Position numbers and translations under genes: made by a program. 64,000 bases of DNA from Aplysia californica (lineage: Eukaryota), in the NCBI RefSeq assembly GCF_000002075.1, contig NW_004797380.1:188355-252354 (forward strand), in the 5' to 3' direction. The notes beneath the pieces are model-generated. The model saw only the letters and a program-made list of their open reading frames with translations. It was not told the DNA's origin and made no database searches. This document shows positions 44,601 to 56,645 of this stretch, piece by piece. Positions within the stretch are counted from its first letter, which is position 1; every line of letters begins with the position of its first letter.

Positions 44601-47600
44601 TCCTTTGGACTTAATATTAACCCTCTTTTCATCTTCAAGGGATCCAACTTTCAATCAAATCCTTTTCATGGTCTAGCATGTACATAATGAAACCCACACA
44701 TAGCAAGCATATTTTCAGGTCCCAAATTTTTTTCTTGGACATGTATTTCTTTGTATTAAAAAAATGTATGTTGTGAAATTCATACATAACGAAAAGATTT
44801 CTACATCCCACCAATTTTGCTATGTGCACACTAATTTTATTCATCCATTTTAGTTTGAGATTGGAAACACATTTTTAGAACATGAGTGAACAAAAATGTA
44901 TTTACATTGTTCATGAATAATGCTTTTGAAAATAAATTTCATCATTATGATGATAAATATCGAGTTTGGAAGGATGGCCCAGGACAGAGATAAATGGAAG
45001 GAGCTTGTATGTAGCCTATCCTGCCAGGGGATGATGATGATGATAAATGTATAGACCTTTTCCTTGTTCCTTTTGACAGGTGACTAAATTGGTCATTGGT
45101 TGGATGTTAAGTATTGAAAACAATGGAGACAGAAAAGAAAAAGCAGGGCACATGCACTTTTTAAACATCAGTGCAATAAAAATATGTATCACAACGTGGT
45201 GGAATCCGGACACTTGTCAATTTTTGGGCATGTGGAGTTATTGGTTTCATCTAAAAGCTTCTTCATTTGTCTTGCTATTGTGGCAAAAAATATCCATCCA
45301 TCTTGAATAGAAGTCTAGATATTTGCGATTGAAGGAGATGGGAGTGGCCTGGTTTCAGAGGTAAAATTAGCAAGAAAATGGTGGCCAAAGTTTGATGGCT
45401 CGCAAAGTTTGAGAGTGCTTGGGAACTGTTAATTTACTTTTTTGTGTCTCTTACTCTTTATCTCGGGCAAGCCACTCTCAGTGGCTCGCGGTCAGAACCT
45501 CTGTGCCAGTGAGCCAAGCGGCTCAGGCGCATTCCTTTACAACGACTTAGGCATCAAATTACTTTTTGGCAATTGCCAAAAAGAGGTCTGTTTTATCAGG
45601 AGTTCATTCATTACATGAAGAATTATCGAAATGGGTTTACTTGTTTTGATTTGATGACCAATTTAGTGACAAATATGTCAGTTTTAGATTTCGTATCAAA
45701 GTAGGGCCCCGGCATAGAGTTAATCAACATTTTTCAGTAAAATCCACACAGAATTGTGTTTTTACACAAACATGAAAGTTGTTGAGCCCCCCCAAAAAAA
45801 TTCAATAAAAATTGCAAGACGCGCAGAAAAATGTTGGTTTCTTTGATATTATTAGAATGTGACGAGTGCCGGATTTCACCGATGTCTCACGTAGGACTTG
45901 TTTCATACACTGCGGTTCACTTCTTTCACACATTGCAATACAATTTGACATTCATACACTTTTGTTGTGTTCTGCTGTGCAGAATCCACTTCATTGAGGG
46001 TTAGTATGTCTCCCTGACAGATACATCACAGTATCTACTTGTCCAAAATCCAACAGCACTCTTTGTGGTTTGGCAGGGTTTTGGGGGGGGGGGGGGGGGG
46101 CAGAGTCAACATACTTTTTGACAAGTGAGCTGGAAAATTAGGTGTTTTGCATTCAGGGGTCTTTAGTACTAAGTTTAACTACTTTTGATGTCATTTATAG
46201 GGGCTATGACTGAATGTAAAAGTGTGATATTTTCCTCTTCCTCTTCAACTGCTTCTCCTTGTGGACATGGCATCCTTGACCACCTCCTGGACATGTTCTC
46301 TGTTCAGGAATATTTTCTCAAGCAGGTGCCAAAAGTGTTTCAGCTTTTGATTGTTACTGTTTTCCACCAGGTTTCTTTCCCATCCTGCTTTTCATGTACC
46401 GGTATCAGCTAACATGATGCTCAGCCCCAAGAGCTGTGAATGTCCTTCAGTTGCTGCTCATTTCAAAATCAAAGACTTAAAAAAAACAGCTTTAGCCACT
46501 GCCCCTGCTCATTGTTCATTCCACGCAACCTTTTAGTGCTGCTCAAAACGCAAGCCTTGATATTTTCAGTTTTTGTTCGTATTGCATGCCAATGCTATAA
46601 AATAAATATTATACCTTTGATATTTGTTCAAATCCGAGTTCTTCTAGCGGGTTGTACTCTCCAATTACGTTACAAAGTAGCATATGTAAAGTGTCTTTGA
46701 GGCCGTTAGACCGTAGAGATATTTTTTAATTTGGTTTCTGTGGCCTGAAGTGAAACAAAATAATATTGGATCACTCTTTGGACTCGACTCTAATACTTCA
46801 GGAGTTTATTTCTTCAGTAGATGTTGATGCTCAATTCACCCCTCTATACAAATTGATGTGAAGTTTCTTTCTCACGATATAAAATTCTAACTCTGTTCTG
46901 CTAAAAACCACCTGGCTCTTGATCATGAATTTGGCATACAAAGCAAATAAAATTGTCCATTGGAATCAGTTGTGTTCTTTTCAACATAGAAGTATTCATG
47001 TAAACCTAAGCTTGTTGTTCATTGTCAAGGCTTTTTATGCTTCAAGCTCTTGTTTCCGTTATGATTCATTTGCAGCAGCAAACATCTGAATGTACGAAGT
47101 GAGTAATTATTCATCAAGATATATTTCGTTCTCATTCCACAGCCGTGCCAAAGTATACAGAAAATCTGCAGACGTTGAGCCAAGTTCAAATCGACCAGCA
47201 GGTAAACTCTCTTAAATATTTCTGTGATGCTTTATAAACTTTTCCCTTTTCTTGTAGTGCAGTTTGAGGTGATTTTTCACATGTCAGCTGTTTTTAAGTG
47301 TTAAGCTGACAAGACAGTCCGCTGTATTGGTGACTGTATAGTCGGACCTGTCCAAGACACCTGCCGGTGGTCAAGGGAAAAGTGGTCCTCTTAGACGGGT
47401 GGTCCTCTTTGACAGTGTCATTGAAATGAAGTCAAGACACAAGGTCGGGGGGAGGGAGGGATGAGTGGAAAGTGGCTGTTTGTGCAGGTGATTGTCTTGG
47501 ATAGGTGATCGTTAGAGCAGGACTGAATATGTTATAAGGTGGAGGATGAAAATGTTTTTCTCATTTGACTTATATTCTAAATAATGAGGGTTTTTTAGGA

Positions 47601-48623
47601 TGTACTCCAGTCTTGTGGACATCAATTGGCTACCGCATAGATTGTTCAAGGTCTCTACTTTCGTGGTTGTCTGCCTTGAATATCAAGTGGACAACTTGCT
47701 ATAGCTGGCATATTTGGTCATCTCATCAGAGATGGATTTCCATTAGAACGTATCTTTTTTCATGACTGTTTTTAACCATATTACTTGCAGGAAAGAGCTT
47801 TCCAAATATAGTTTTCAGGTCTTTGTATTTTTATCATGTACTTATTTCTTGCGTCTAAAGGTGCACCCTTGTTCCTAAGATTTTTCCCTGACAAATGCAA
47901 GTTTACCACTGACAGAAATAGGGTTAAGCCTGTCTGGATGGATTCTCAATTTTGATCCCTCAAATCAGGATGGGAGAGAGGGTCTGACTCACCTTTGACT
48001 TGACTTTGGTTGTACTTTTTCCACCAAAGTGAATAAAAGATGAAGTGCTTTTCCAGTACAAACTTCATTTTATTGTGTGCTCAAAATTTTCCTCTGTCTT
48101 TTTCTCCAGGATGCATTGGCCACTATGTCTGAAGAGACGAGAAGGTTGCTGAATGCCTACAACAATATTGTATCCTTTGACAAGAACAGTGGTCTAGACT
48201 TGATCCTTATGAATTATGGGTAGAGAGTTGGGCAATCATTGGGATTTTTGGTTTGGATTAACAATTCCTTTGTCATAACCATGAACAAATAATTGTAACA
48301 TGTTTAGCGATTGTTTTGGACTTATAACATACCAGGTACACTGAATAAACATCAAGGCCAAGGGAATGGGTTTGATTAAGTCAAGCTTGCTGATCATCAG
48401 TCTCATTGAAAAAGACAATTTTAACTTCCTGCGTTATTGATACTATAATAATTTTTAACAACCACTTAGGTTTCAGTTTTTTCAATTTATTGTCTTTGTA
48501 TTGAAATGTGTAAACATTGCATTTATTTCCTTAACTGTGCTCCAGGTTTCTCTTCTGTCCAAGCAGTTTATTCTCTGGGATGAGCATGTCACACAGTTGG
48601 AGTTACAAGCTCAGAAGAAATAA
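35522..48623 (+). CDS. DCTN3: Dynactin subunit 3 (p24/p22), complete spliced CDS, 183 aa
   Basis: join(35522-35620,42557-42641,43256-43342,44383-44466,47143-47201,48110-48169,48546-48623) = 552 nt with an open frame. Motifs LEQRVSSLEALVFG, DLKKYLD, SEHVQAVP, LLSKQFILWDE match DCTN3. Confidence 0.92.
35792..36370. mobile_element. Foldback element (about 110-bp inverted arms) with a nested palindromic MITE at about 36027-36181
   Basis: TATCTCTCCAT..GTTTAGAA.CAGA.GTAATCGT..GTGGGGTCAAAAC..TATCCCCAAA.GGGAC is mirrored at 36266-36370; inner GACTTTCGTAACAAGCGATCAC is mirrored by GTGGTCGCTCGTTACGGAAGTC. Confidence 0.7.
38110..38255 (+). mobile_element. RTE-like LINE 3' end fragment
   Basis: Remnant C-terminal zinc finger HVCSMCGRDCHSRITLMSHQQ. 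Confidence 0.5.
38354..39349. mobile_element. Probable non-autonomous DNA element
   Basis: Imperfect ends TAGGTAGCGTAAAC / GTTTGTGGTACCTA; CpG-rich interior; 21-nt terminal sequence identical to 12355-12375. Confidence 0.4.
41831..41851 (+). CDS. Candidate 21-nt alternative micro-exon of DCTN3 (NSKQKQQ)
   Basis: ctttcattcatttcag / AATTCAAAGCAGAAACAACAG / gtgagg; phase 0-0 and stop-free. Confidence 0.5.
42557..42641 (+). CDS. DCTN3: DCTN3 exon (IIDSLLEVQAKINTSLAGKKKAAQLYEK)
   Basis: ttttcatatag/gtaag. Confidence 0.88.
43256..43342 (+). CDS. DCTN3: DCTN3 exon (PDLKKYLDHRYTDEMMLSDDAREETILS)
   Basis: ttccag/gtcag. Confidence 0.9.
43482..43970 (-). mobile_element. tRNA-derived CORE-like SINE
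   Basis: Minus-strand A box GTGGTATTGTGGTTAG, B box GTTCGATACC, CORE-like GTGTCCTTGAGCAAGACAC, low-complexity tail. Confidence 0.6.
44383..44466 (+). CDS. DCTN3: DCTN3 exon (SEFLEKQAALYQKLSEKQQHVNSEHVQ)
   Basis: ccacag/gtgag. Confidence 0.9.
44968..45045 (+). mobile_element. RTE-like 3' tail with (GAT)n
   Basis: MAQDRDKWKELVCSL remnant followed by GATGATGATGAT. Confidence 0.55.
45451..45723 (+). mobile_element. About 270-bp TTAA-type MITE (copy 1)
   Basis: Homologous to the inverted copy at about 50885-51156; ends in GAG-TTAA. Confidence 0.7.
47143..47201 (+). CDS. DCTN3: DCTN3 exon (VPKYTENLQTLSQVQIDQQ)
   Basis: ccacag/gtaaa. Confidence 0.9.
48110..48169 (+). CDS. DCTN3: DCTN3 exon (DALATMSEETRRLLNAYNNI)
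   Basis: ctccag acceptor; U12-type donor GTATCCTTT. Confidence 0.9.
48170..48545 (+). other. U12-type (minor spliceosome) GT-AG intron of DCTN3
   Basis: 5' splice site GTATCCTTT; branch site TTCCTTAAC at 48527-48535, ending 10 nt before the intron end; no polypyrimidine tract; phase 0 join keeps the frame. Confidence 0.93.
48546..48623 (+). CDS. DCTN3: DCTN3 last exon (VSLLSKQFILWDEHVTQLELQAQKK*)
   Basis: LLSKQFxxWDE signature; TAA at 48621-48623. Confidence 0.92.
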   Translation, partial: VSLLSKQFILWDEHVTQLELQAQKK

Positions 48624-50182
48624 AATGTTCTTTAAAAATGTATCCATTAGTTCTTCTATATATATATTTTTTGAACTGTGGTCCTTCTTGGACTTGAGGC
48701 CATGCCTTGTGATACTGCCTCCCTAAGTCACATTATTTTCTTCCAGCTTTCTGTTATCCTGTGACACATTTAAGGTTCAAAATGGGTTTTTTGTTGCTCT
48801 GCCAAGGGGGAGGGTTGTTAGATTATCCCTATTATTTCATTCTTGAGATTATTGTCTTAAAAATAGTGTTGCTGTTTCCAGCATTGTGAATGTTAAGTAG
48901 GCAGTACAAACTGAGGGTTCTTAATATTCCCTTTCTCAGTACTATTTCTATGACCAAATAACATGCAGATAGATGTCATTGTGTCTGAGGACTGCCTTCA
49001 TATTGTTTTGATAGCTTGTGTGCAAAAAATGTAAGTGTTGATCACCTTGCTTCATTCATTGGTGTGGATACTTTGAATGAGATTTGCTCCTTTGATTATA
49101 TATATCTAACACAATAGCCAAAGGGAAATAGTGGAACGTGACCTAAGAGGCAAGAAGTAGTGATTAGTAAACTAACATATTGAAAAGGAGATGTTACACA
49201 AGACTGAGTTAATGGGAAATTCGAAGAAGGTAGGCTACACTGAATGGGACTGGGACAGAGACTGGAAAAAAGAGTCGCTAAGAATAAAGGAGAGAAAATA
49301 GACATTGTGACTGAAGGAGGGCAAGAGAGAAAGAGTAAGCACAAGCTGCAGTGTGGGAAAGAAAATGTGATAAGGCATGGTGTGAGACAATTGAATTTCA
49401 AGATGCTGTTTTGTTCAGGTTGTGTAAAGTACCTTGCTGCAGGAAACTGTCGTTCATATGGGATGGTCTTCATTTATGTGACAATGATTTAAATTTTAGT
49501 AGAGCATAAACATTGCTTTTTACAATGTTAACTTTATATAAATTAGTCCTGGTCCAAGAGAGACCGGACACTGCCTGATATACGGCCACAATTATGTTCT
49601 TTGAACAAAATGCTGGTTTCTGGAGTTTTTCTGCAATATGACGAACAACAGTGCTGTTTGTTTCTTGAACGTTTAGGCAGTTTTCAGCTTTCAAGGCGAC
49701 AGCTCTTTATTTTATTTTCTTTGAAATGTTGACGAAATATGAAATTTTGCCAAAACTTATTGAGGCTGCCAGTCTTTGTTTTTTATTATGCCACCAGCTA
49801 CTTTAGTTAGTTTGGGCAGTTGGGCCTACTATGTTATGTGTACAGCCTCCATCTCTCAAGGATCCAGTAATTTTTGGGATGCCCTGTACCCCTTCGGTCT
49901 TTAGTTCAAATTTATGTATCTTTGGCTTTACGAAAGTAAGTTATTTACACATTTTGACATCTTAGTATAGTTTTCCCATTTTCACTTCCTACCCCGCCTC
50001 CTCAAATAATATTGTTATTATCTTTTATGCTGTGTAAAAACATTACAAAATGTTTTTCAATGTAAAATTATCTGCTTGTCATCACCATTTTTCTTTAGTG
50101 CAATACTGTGAGGACCACTGCAATGGTGTTGGTTGCTTTCTGTGTAAGATTGATTTGAATGTTTGCTGCTAAAGTTGTTCAT

Positions 50183-50188
50183 AATAAA
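50183..50188 (+). terminator. Candidate polyadenylation signal for DCTN3
   Basis: AATAAA followed by T/GT-rich sequence about 1.5 kb after the stop codon. Confidence 0.4.
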
Positions 50189-50484
50189 TGTTTCCCTGAA
50201 CTGTGATTTCTCCTGGTTTATTTCCCGTTAATACTGTCCAACACGTTTGTTTCTTGGAACAGGAACTTTGAACAAGGTTTCCAAATCAAGTTAGGGGATA
50301 TAATATAACTATGTGTACAGTCTAACATGCGCATGGTGAAATTGGCAGGAACCAAAAATCTTTTCGTTATAATGTATGAATTTCACTATGTAACACCTAC
50401 ATGTTTTAAATACAAAGAATATACTTGTAAAAAAAAAAGATTCAGGGCCTGAAATAGCATGTCTGCTATGTGCTCGCTAAACTC

Positions 50485-50714
50485 TATATTGTCACTGCAC
50501 AAGAAAAATGGCATAACTCAAGAATTGCAATGCGACTAGCTTTTTATTTTGTTTGGTGGTACTTTATACATTTTGGTAAAACAAAAATAAAAATGCGCTG
50601 ACTGTCACAAAAGTTTTTCCAAGATGATAAATAATCTCGTTCAACAGTTTTTTCCATTTATCTCAAAAGTAGCAAGAATGAGATGTGCCATTTTGCTAGA
50701 GCGGTGACAATATA
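50485..50714. mobile_element. MITE
   Basis: TATATTGTCAC...AAAATGGCA / TGCCATTTT...GTGACAATATA inverted ends. Confidence 0.65.
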
Positions 50715-50884
50715 TAGTTCTGGAGGCACCGACCTTTACTTCACTTTTTAGAAGAAACCACATACCCTTCAGATCTCAAGATTTAAATAAAACGAAGGTA
50801 ATGTTCAATATTCCTAGGAACGTAGCAGAGCCAAATTTTCATAAATTTGTTCAATTGCATAACTCTTCATCTCCGAGGGGGGTA

Positions 50885-51156
50885 ACCCCACTAAGCCAGG
50901 GCCCTTTTTTTGGTACTAAATCTAAAAATGACAAAAACGTAACTAAAAAGGTAATTAAATCAAAACAAGTGAACCTGTTTTGATAGTTCTTTATCTAACG
51001 AATGAACTCCCGGTAAAAGAGACCTGTTTTTTTTTGGCAATTGTTGAAAAGTAATTTGATGTCAAAAGTCATCGTAAAGGAATGTGCCTGCGGCTTACCG
51101 GCACAGGGGTTCCGACCGCGAGCTGAAGGGAGCGACTTGCCGGAGATAAAGAGTTA
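50885..51156 (-). mobile_element. About 270-bp TTAA-type MITE (copy 2, inverted)
   Basis: Reverse complement aligns to 45451-45723. Confidence 0.7.
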
Positions 51157-52834
51157 AGATATCTGTGTATCCTTATAAAATACTCCAGGATTGAGCTGTT
51201 CGTTTTGTATCCCCACTTTTTTAAAATGAGCTCAGTGGAGGTTCACAGCTGCACAAATGGAAATCCCCAATGTGTTCCCGACTTATTGCTGATTCTTTGT
51301 ATTGTTATAAAATTTTAACAAGACACTTTTTTAAAAAATCCCACAGCCAATGAATAATTATTGTATTCAAACTTTAAATACAACAATTTAGTGTTCTGTA
51401 TTCTCAAGTGATCCAGCCTCTTACAGTTTTAGAAAAAAAGAATAGAACAGTGAAGACTGGGGAGGGAGGGGTGTGGAGATGAAGCAGTTGGTTTGCCATA
51501 ATTCCAGAAATGACACATGCTTTTTAACATTACAACCCTCTCCATTCTCTTTCGATGAATCAAGGTACTTTTTGACTCTAATTATGATGCTGTTAATTTC
51601 AAATGTACACTTAACCAGCTTTTCTTCAATGGTTTCATTCTTCTAGTGGACATGTTACCTTCTGCTCATATTTCGTTGTAGTGAGAGTGTTACCGCACTT
51701 GCAACACAATAAGGTCATAAGTGCAGAAGATTAAAAGTGTCACAAGAGAGTAATAAACACAAAAAAGGAGGAGTCTCATACTTCATGCAGGATGAATATA
51801 TTGATGACTGGTTTGCTTCACTGTTTACAGCCTATTTTCAACTCAGTTATATAAGCACCAAGACTGGTATTCAGATATTTGCCCTCGATCAAATGTAGGT
51901 GTTCTTTGAGTGCTAGACAAAGCTACTTTCAAACACTTGACTTTTGCAGCAAGAAAGAGTGTGGTCAAGGAGTGTATACACCAACACAATAGCCCCCACG
52001 TACGGTTTGGTGAAGGCAACAAATTACAACGGAGAAAAGGGTGGAGAAAATGGCACTTGCCAAACTTCCTCAGAGTGAAATTCTGTCACCCCATCCTGAA
52101 CCTCATAACCCACTTTTCCTAAAATTGCCAACAACAGAGTCCAATTTCCCTGCAAGCCAGAGTTAGCATACATGCATCTTATCTGACCAAGGTGGTGTAT
52201 TTAACCAAGAGCAACAACAGACTGCAATTTCCAGGAGTAGAGTTTAATTTTTTTTAAAAGAAAGTCAACAACAAAAAGAGCATGGTAACAGAAACACCAA
52301 AATCTTGTATAATCATGCACAACAACGATGAAGAACACCATACACAATGTGAATTTATAATAAGATTTTTAAAAATTAAAATAAGATGAGAGCCTGTCAT
52401 CATTTACTCCAAATGTCATGAGCCCTGATGGACTGAATATAAATTAAATTATTTATAATATATACACAACTGTTTTCCCATCTTAGTCTGAAAAATCTAC
52501 ATGTCTTATCGATCAAAAGGAGGCAGACTTGTTCAACCCTTTGTGTCATAGCCAACTCAGGCTGAGCAGAATCGTGCATCCCAGCAGAAAGACAGAAACT
52601 ATTAATCTTGCACCACAGACACAGATGTGAAATGTGTTAAAAAATAAAAAGGTGATAAAAGCATAACAAAATTAAAGTTGCAGAATATTCATAACAAAGA
52701 CCTACTTTTGATTACGAGCAAGAATCCAAAATCTTTAAAATAAATACATAAGTACACAAAGTAACAACAAATCTATTATTTCACAATGAGCTCAACCATT
52801 ACACACTGTTCTTGCGCTTTAACATAGACTGTAA

Positions 52835-53488
52835 CGGGAGGAGCTACCCTTGCCTTGAGGACCATTCTCTATGTTTGTTGCCCACGATCAAATCTAAGTA
52901 CACATTTAAGTTAGGCATAGTAAAATCTCTTGATACGCAATTTTATTTTGGCATAGCTACAGATGTTGCTATGGAAACGGCCGCCATCTTCAAAATAAAC
53001 AATGAATTTCAAATCCCTAAGGCTAGTCTATTTACCGACCCAACTTGACCAAATTTGGTGAGAGTATACCTATCAGAGTAACAGCAAGTTTTTTGCAATA
53101 CGTGCAAAAGAGAAAAAAATATGAGAATTTTCCCAAAGTATAAAAAACATTTTTTTCTAAATTTAGGTTGCGTAATCGCTTGCCAAAGGAAAAGAGTTAT
53201 TGTTTCCACAAATATCTCTCTGTTACATTGATGGCAGTCTTCCCAGCTGTTTCCTGAAAGTTTCATGTCAAAATTAAATTTTGTGAAAGACGACAATTAT
53301 TGTGAAAATTCACTATATTAACCCATCCTCATGTTTTCAAAGGCAATTTACGAGGAGAATAAAAACTTTCTCATTTGTCTCCATGCTAATTTTAGACCCA
53401 AAAAAACTGGTTGATCTTCAAAAATCAGCCAACATAAAATTTGCATAGCCTGACCCAAAATCTGAAAAATCAAGGGTCGCTCCTCCCC
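52835..53488. mobile_element. Kolobok-like non-autonomous element
   Basis: TIR GGGAGGAGC(T/G)ACCCTTG; TTAA on the right, GTAA on the left. Confidence 0.65.
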
Positions 53489-56400
53489 TTAATGCGTAAG
53501 CCTAAGAAGAGCATTAATACCAGCCACAGAGCTACTGCTGTGACAAAAGTTGCAATTCATAAAGACACATCTAGTCTACTTCAGCCTGTGAGACACTGCA
53601 CTTGTCAAAGAAAACCAACGTTTTCTTGCCATTCTCTTATTTCAGTGTTGAACAATCTTATATTTTGCAAGGTTTATTTGATATTTGTAAACCACCACTT
53701 TTAACACTTTCCCCCCTACACAGAGCACAAAGTGCAAAACCTTCGTCTCCATACATACCAATACCACAAAGCAGAGCTTGATTTGGAAGGAAATTGGGGT
53801 ATATCCGTACTATAATCAATATGATCAAGTGGTCTGTATCTTTCCTGTTCCCGAAAAATGTGATGAGCACGGCCGCAAAAGTGGGGCAACAACTGAACTA
53901 TTTCATCACAGCATTGTCGGGTCATAATAATGATAATAATAATGTTTGTAATTTATTTTATAATCTAGACAATTTTTATAGCCCCCGCTCCAATACAATA
54001 TAGCTCTACGCATTTTAACAATACCTTTTTCTCAATACAAAATACACATCCATGAATGTTATATGCTCTTTAGATTAACGCCACAATATAAACAGACATT
54101 CATACTATCACAGCACAATTGATGATGATTATGCACTCCGCATGAAGAACATTAGAGTACTATGAAGAAGGTTGAAGAAGGACTTACTATCAAGAAGACA
54201 TTTCTTGAAACATGTTCATGAATCTTGAATTTTGCCTCCGCCTTTGTTTTTATCCTTCAAAAGTTGTGGGAGAGAGTCCCAGATAGATGGGAATAGATGG
54301 GAATAGATGAGAAAATGACCTACCACTACTGCCAGCAAGTTTTTAATCAAAAAACAAAAAAATTGTAGCATGCAACAGCTAAGATGTGAATTTTTCTTGT
54401 TCTTTGAAGCATCATAACTGACAGGATATGAACCGCTTTCTAACCCTATCTAAGGGTTGCCATTCGTCTCCATGCATCATCAATCTCTACTCTTTTAAGC
54501 GCTCAAGTTTACCCTTTAAAAAATTACTGTAAAATCAAAGTAAGAAGTAATAAATGCAGTAAATGCAGGGTCCAAAGCAGATCATTAATAAAGCCTTTCT
54601 GAATTTATTTTTTTTAAATGCAGCACCAAATTATGCGTATAACGTGTGAAAAGATGATTTATAACACTTAGGCAAAATCCATAACAATAGAAATTACCCA
54701 GTACAAAAATAAAGAAACAAAATTTTGCAATACAAAAGTTCCATCTTTGTATTGGTGAGCTAAAAATAAGACCTTTGCTTTAATAATCACAAGACAATGC
54801 ACCTACATGAGAAAATCTAATATCTGACATCAGTGTCTCTCTTTCTCAGAGATACAAAAGTAGGTCCTCGAACTCTATTCTAGAACTGTTTTAGGGCCCG
54901 TCAGTTGCACTTACATCAAACTTTCTCCCAAAACAACCTCTGCTCACTTCACCAGGTATTTGGACATTCTGAGGTGATATTTCACTAACCATCCAGCTAA
55001 CAAAGAATCTCTGAGAACACTATAATATAGTAAGCCAGGATACTTTAAATCAAATTTCTATCCATAAAATCAGTTATATTGTCAGATATGTACAACAAAA
55101 TGCTAAATTTCACGAATGATTAAATATCCTCCTTTGATTTTTGTGTTTAGTTTTCCATACATCCCCCAAACCAAACAAAATAAAACAATTAAAAAAAAAA
55201 AATTACAACAGACAACATGAAGATACTTCCCTTTTCCATCATGATTTCTAATAAAGGGTAGGTACGACATAAAGGATAAAGATATTTAGACAAATAATAG
55301 TTTATAACTGGTCCCTCAGTTCGCTTGATCAAGAAAATCAGGTAAAAAAACGGAGCTCATTTGTCAGACAGCCAAAAATCTTACAAATACAAACTTTTGA
55401 AATTTCTTGAACATTCTCCTTTTGTACAATAAACCCTTATTTCCTTGGAATGTTTACATGAAAAGTAAAATATTTAAAAAATTGATTCTATCAATCGGTT
55501 TTCACAACATACAGCACACTTATGCAAATATATCATTATTACATATCCTATTTTGTTCTTGACAAAAGTATAAATCACGGGAGTATTCATAGCGAAAATA
55601 GTTCACGACTAAAAACCACTTACCAATAAAATTAAATTTCCATTCTAATTTATCTTTGCACCTACACCCAACCTGATGAGGACCAATAGCTACAAGTTTG
55701 AGCGAAAGTCTACATTAATAGTTGCACACATCTGCAGTTGAGATCATGCTGTTCTTGAACATGTTGTCCTCCCATGGCCGATAGACAAGATAAATTGCAA
55801 ATCACAGAAACTCGAGTCATAATGGTCACAGCATTACCAGACAATAATCATATATATTTATGTCATTCTTCTTGTTCCACACTGCTCAGTTCATATTAAC
55901 ATTATTTCATATTTGTGCTACAGCCAACACTACTATATATACAGGTTAGCCAATGTGTTCATGCAAACAAACATTAATAGCCTTATACGTTTTCAGTTTC
56001 AAATGAAAACATCTACCGTATATAAGCACTTTATTTCCCAAAGGAAAACGACATTTTCTTTTAATGGAAAGTATTTGACATTTGCCAAGTCAACAATTAA
56101 CAAAAGTTCAAATAACAAATGTTCTGCTCAAACAGGGATAGACTCCAGTCTGGAGGGGGAGCACTGAAAATAGGAGACGCAGTTGATACATATTTCGTCA
56201 TATTAACCTCCACAACAAAAAGCATACAAATGTTCTGTAAAAATGGTTAGAAAAGGAAGGTCAAAACCTCTAGTGCATTCCTCTTCTCCTACTTTCTCTT
56301 CCCTCTATTGGTACAATACTTAAAACAAACAAGAGAATATCACTTGATATAAAAAAGTACCAAAACTTTAAAAAAACACACTGATCTACTTAATGTCTTA

Positions 56401-56506
56401 CAATACCATGAAACAAAAAACTTGTACTTATACAGAACATATGCAAAAGAGAAAAAAAGTTTAAGATATAAGGCGACATCTCTGCCTTGAGCTGTAAAGA
56501 ATCCAG

Positions 56507-56645
56507 TTACAACCTGGCTGTTGAGGATGCTGTCCCTTGATCAACTAAAGCCTTGATTTGATCCAAAGCCTTGGTCAAAGAATGTCCAAACTTTTTGTTA
56601 TCTGTTTCCTCATCTGCATTCCATGTTGTGATGTAGAATGTGAGC
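56507..56645 (-). CDS. CROT: CROT last exon ([15 protein letters not shown]...STARL*)
   Basis: ttgtcag acceptor; ends with PTS1 ARL then TAA. Confidence 0.88.

Noticed and set aside
55690-55790. Extra minus-strand exon (VYRPWEDNMF.. or ..FRSNL*) as an alternative CROT end
   Set aside because: No acceptor in a compatible phase and upstream in-frame stops; likely 3'UTR.
56440-56509. Stop-codon readthrough of CROT masking the PTS1
   Set aside because: The stop is TAA-CTG, not the leaky TGA-CTAG context, and the extension has no recognisable features.
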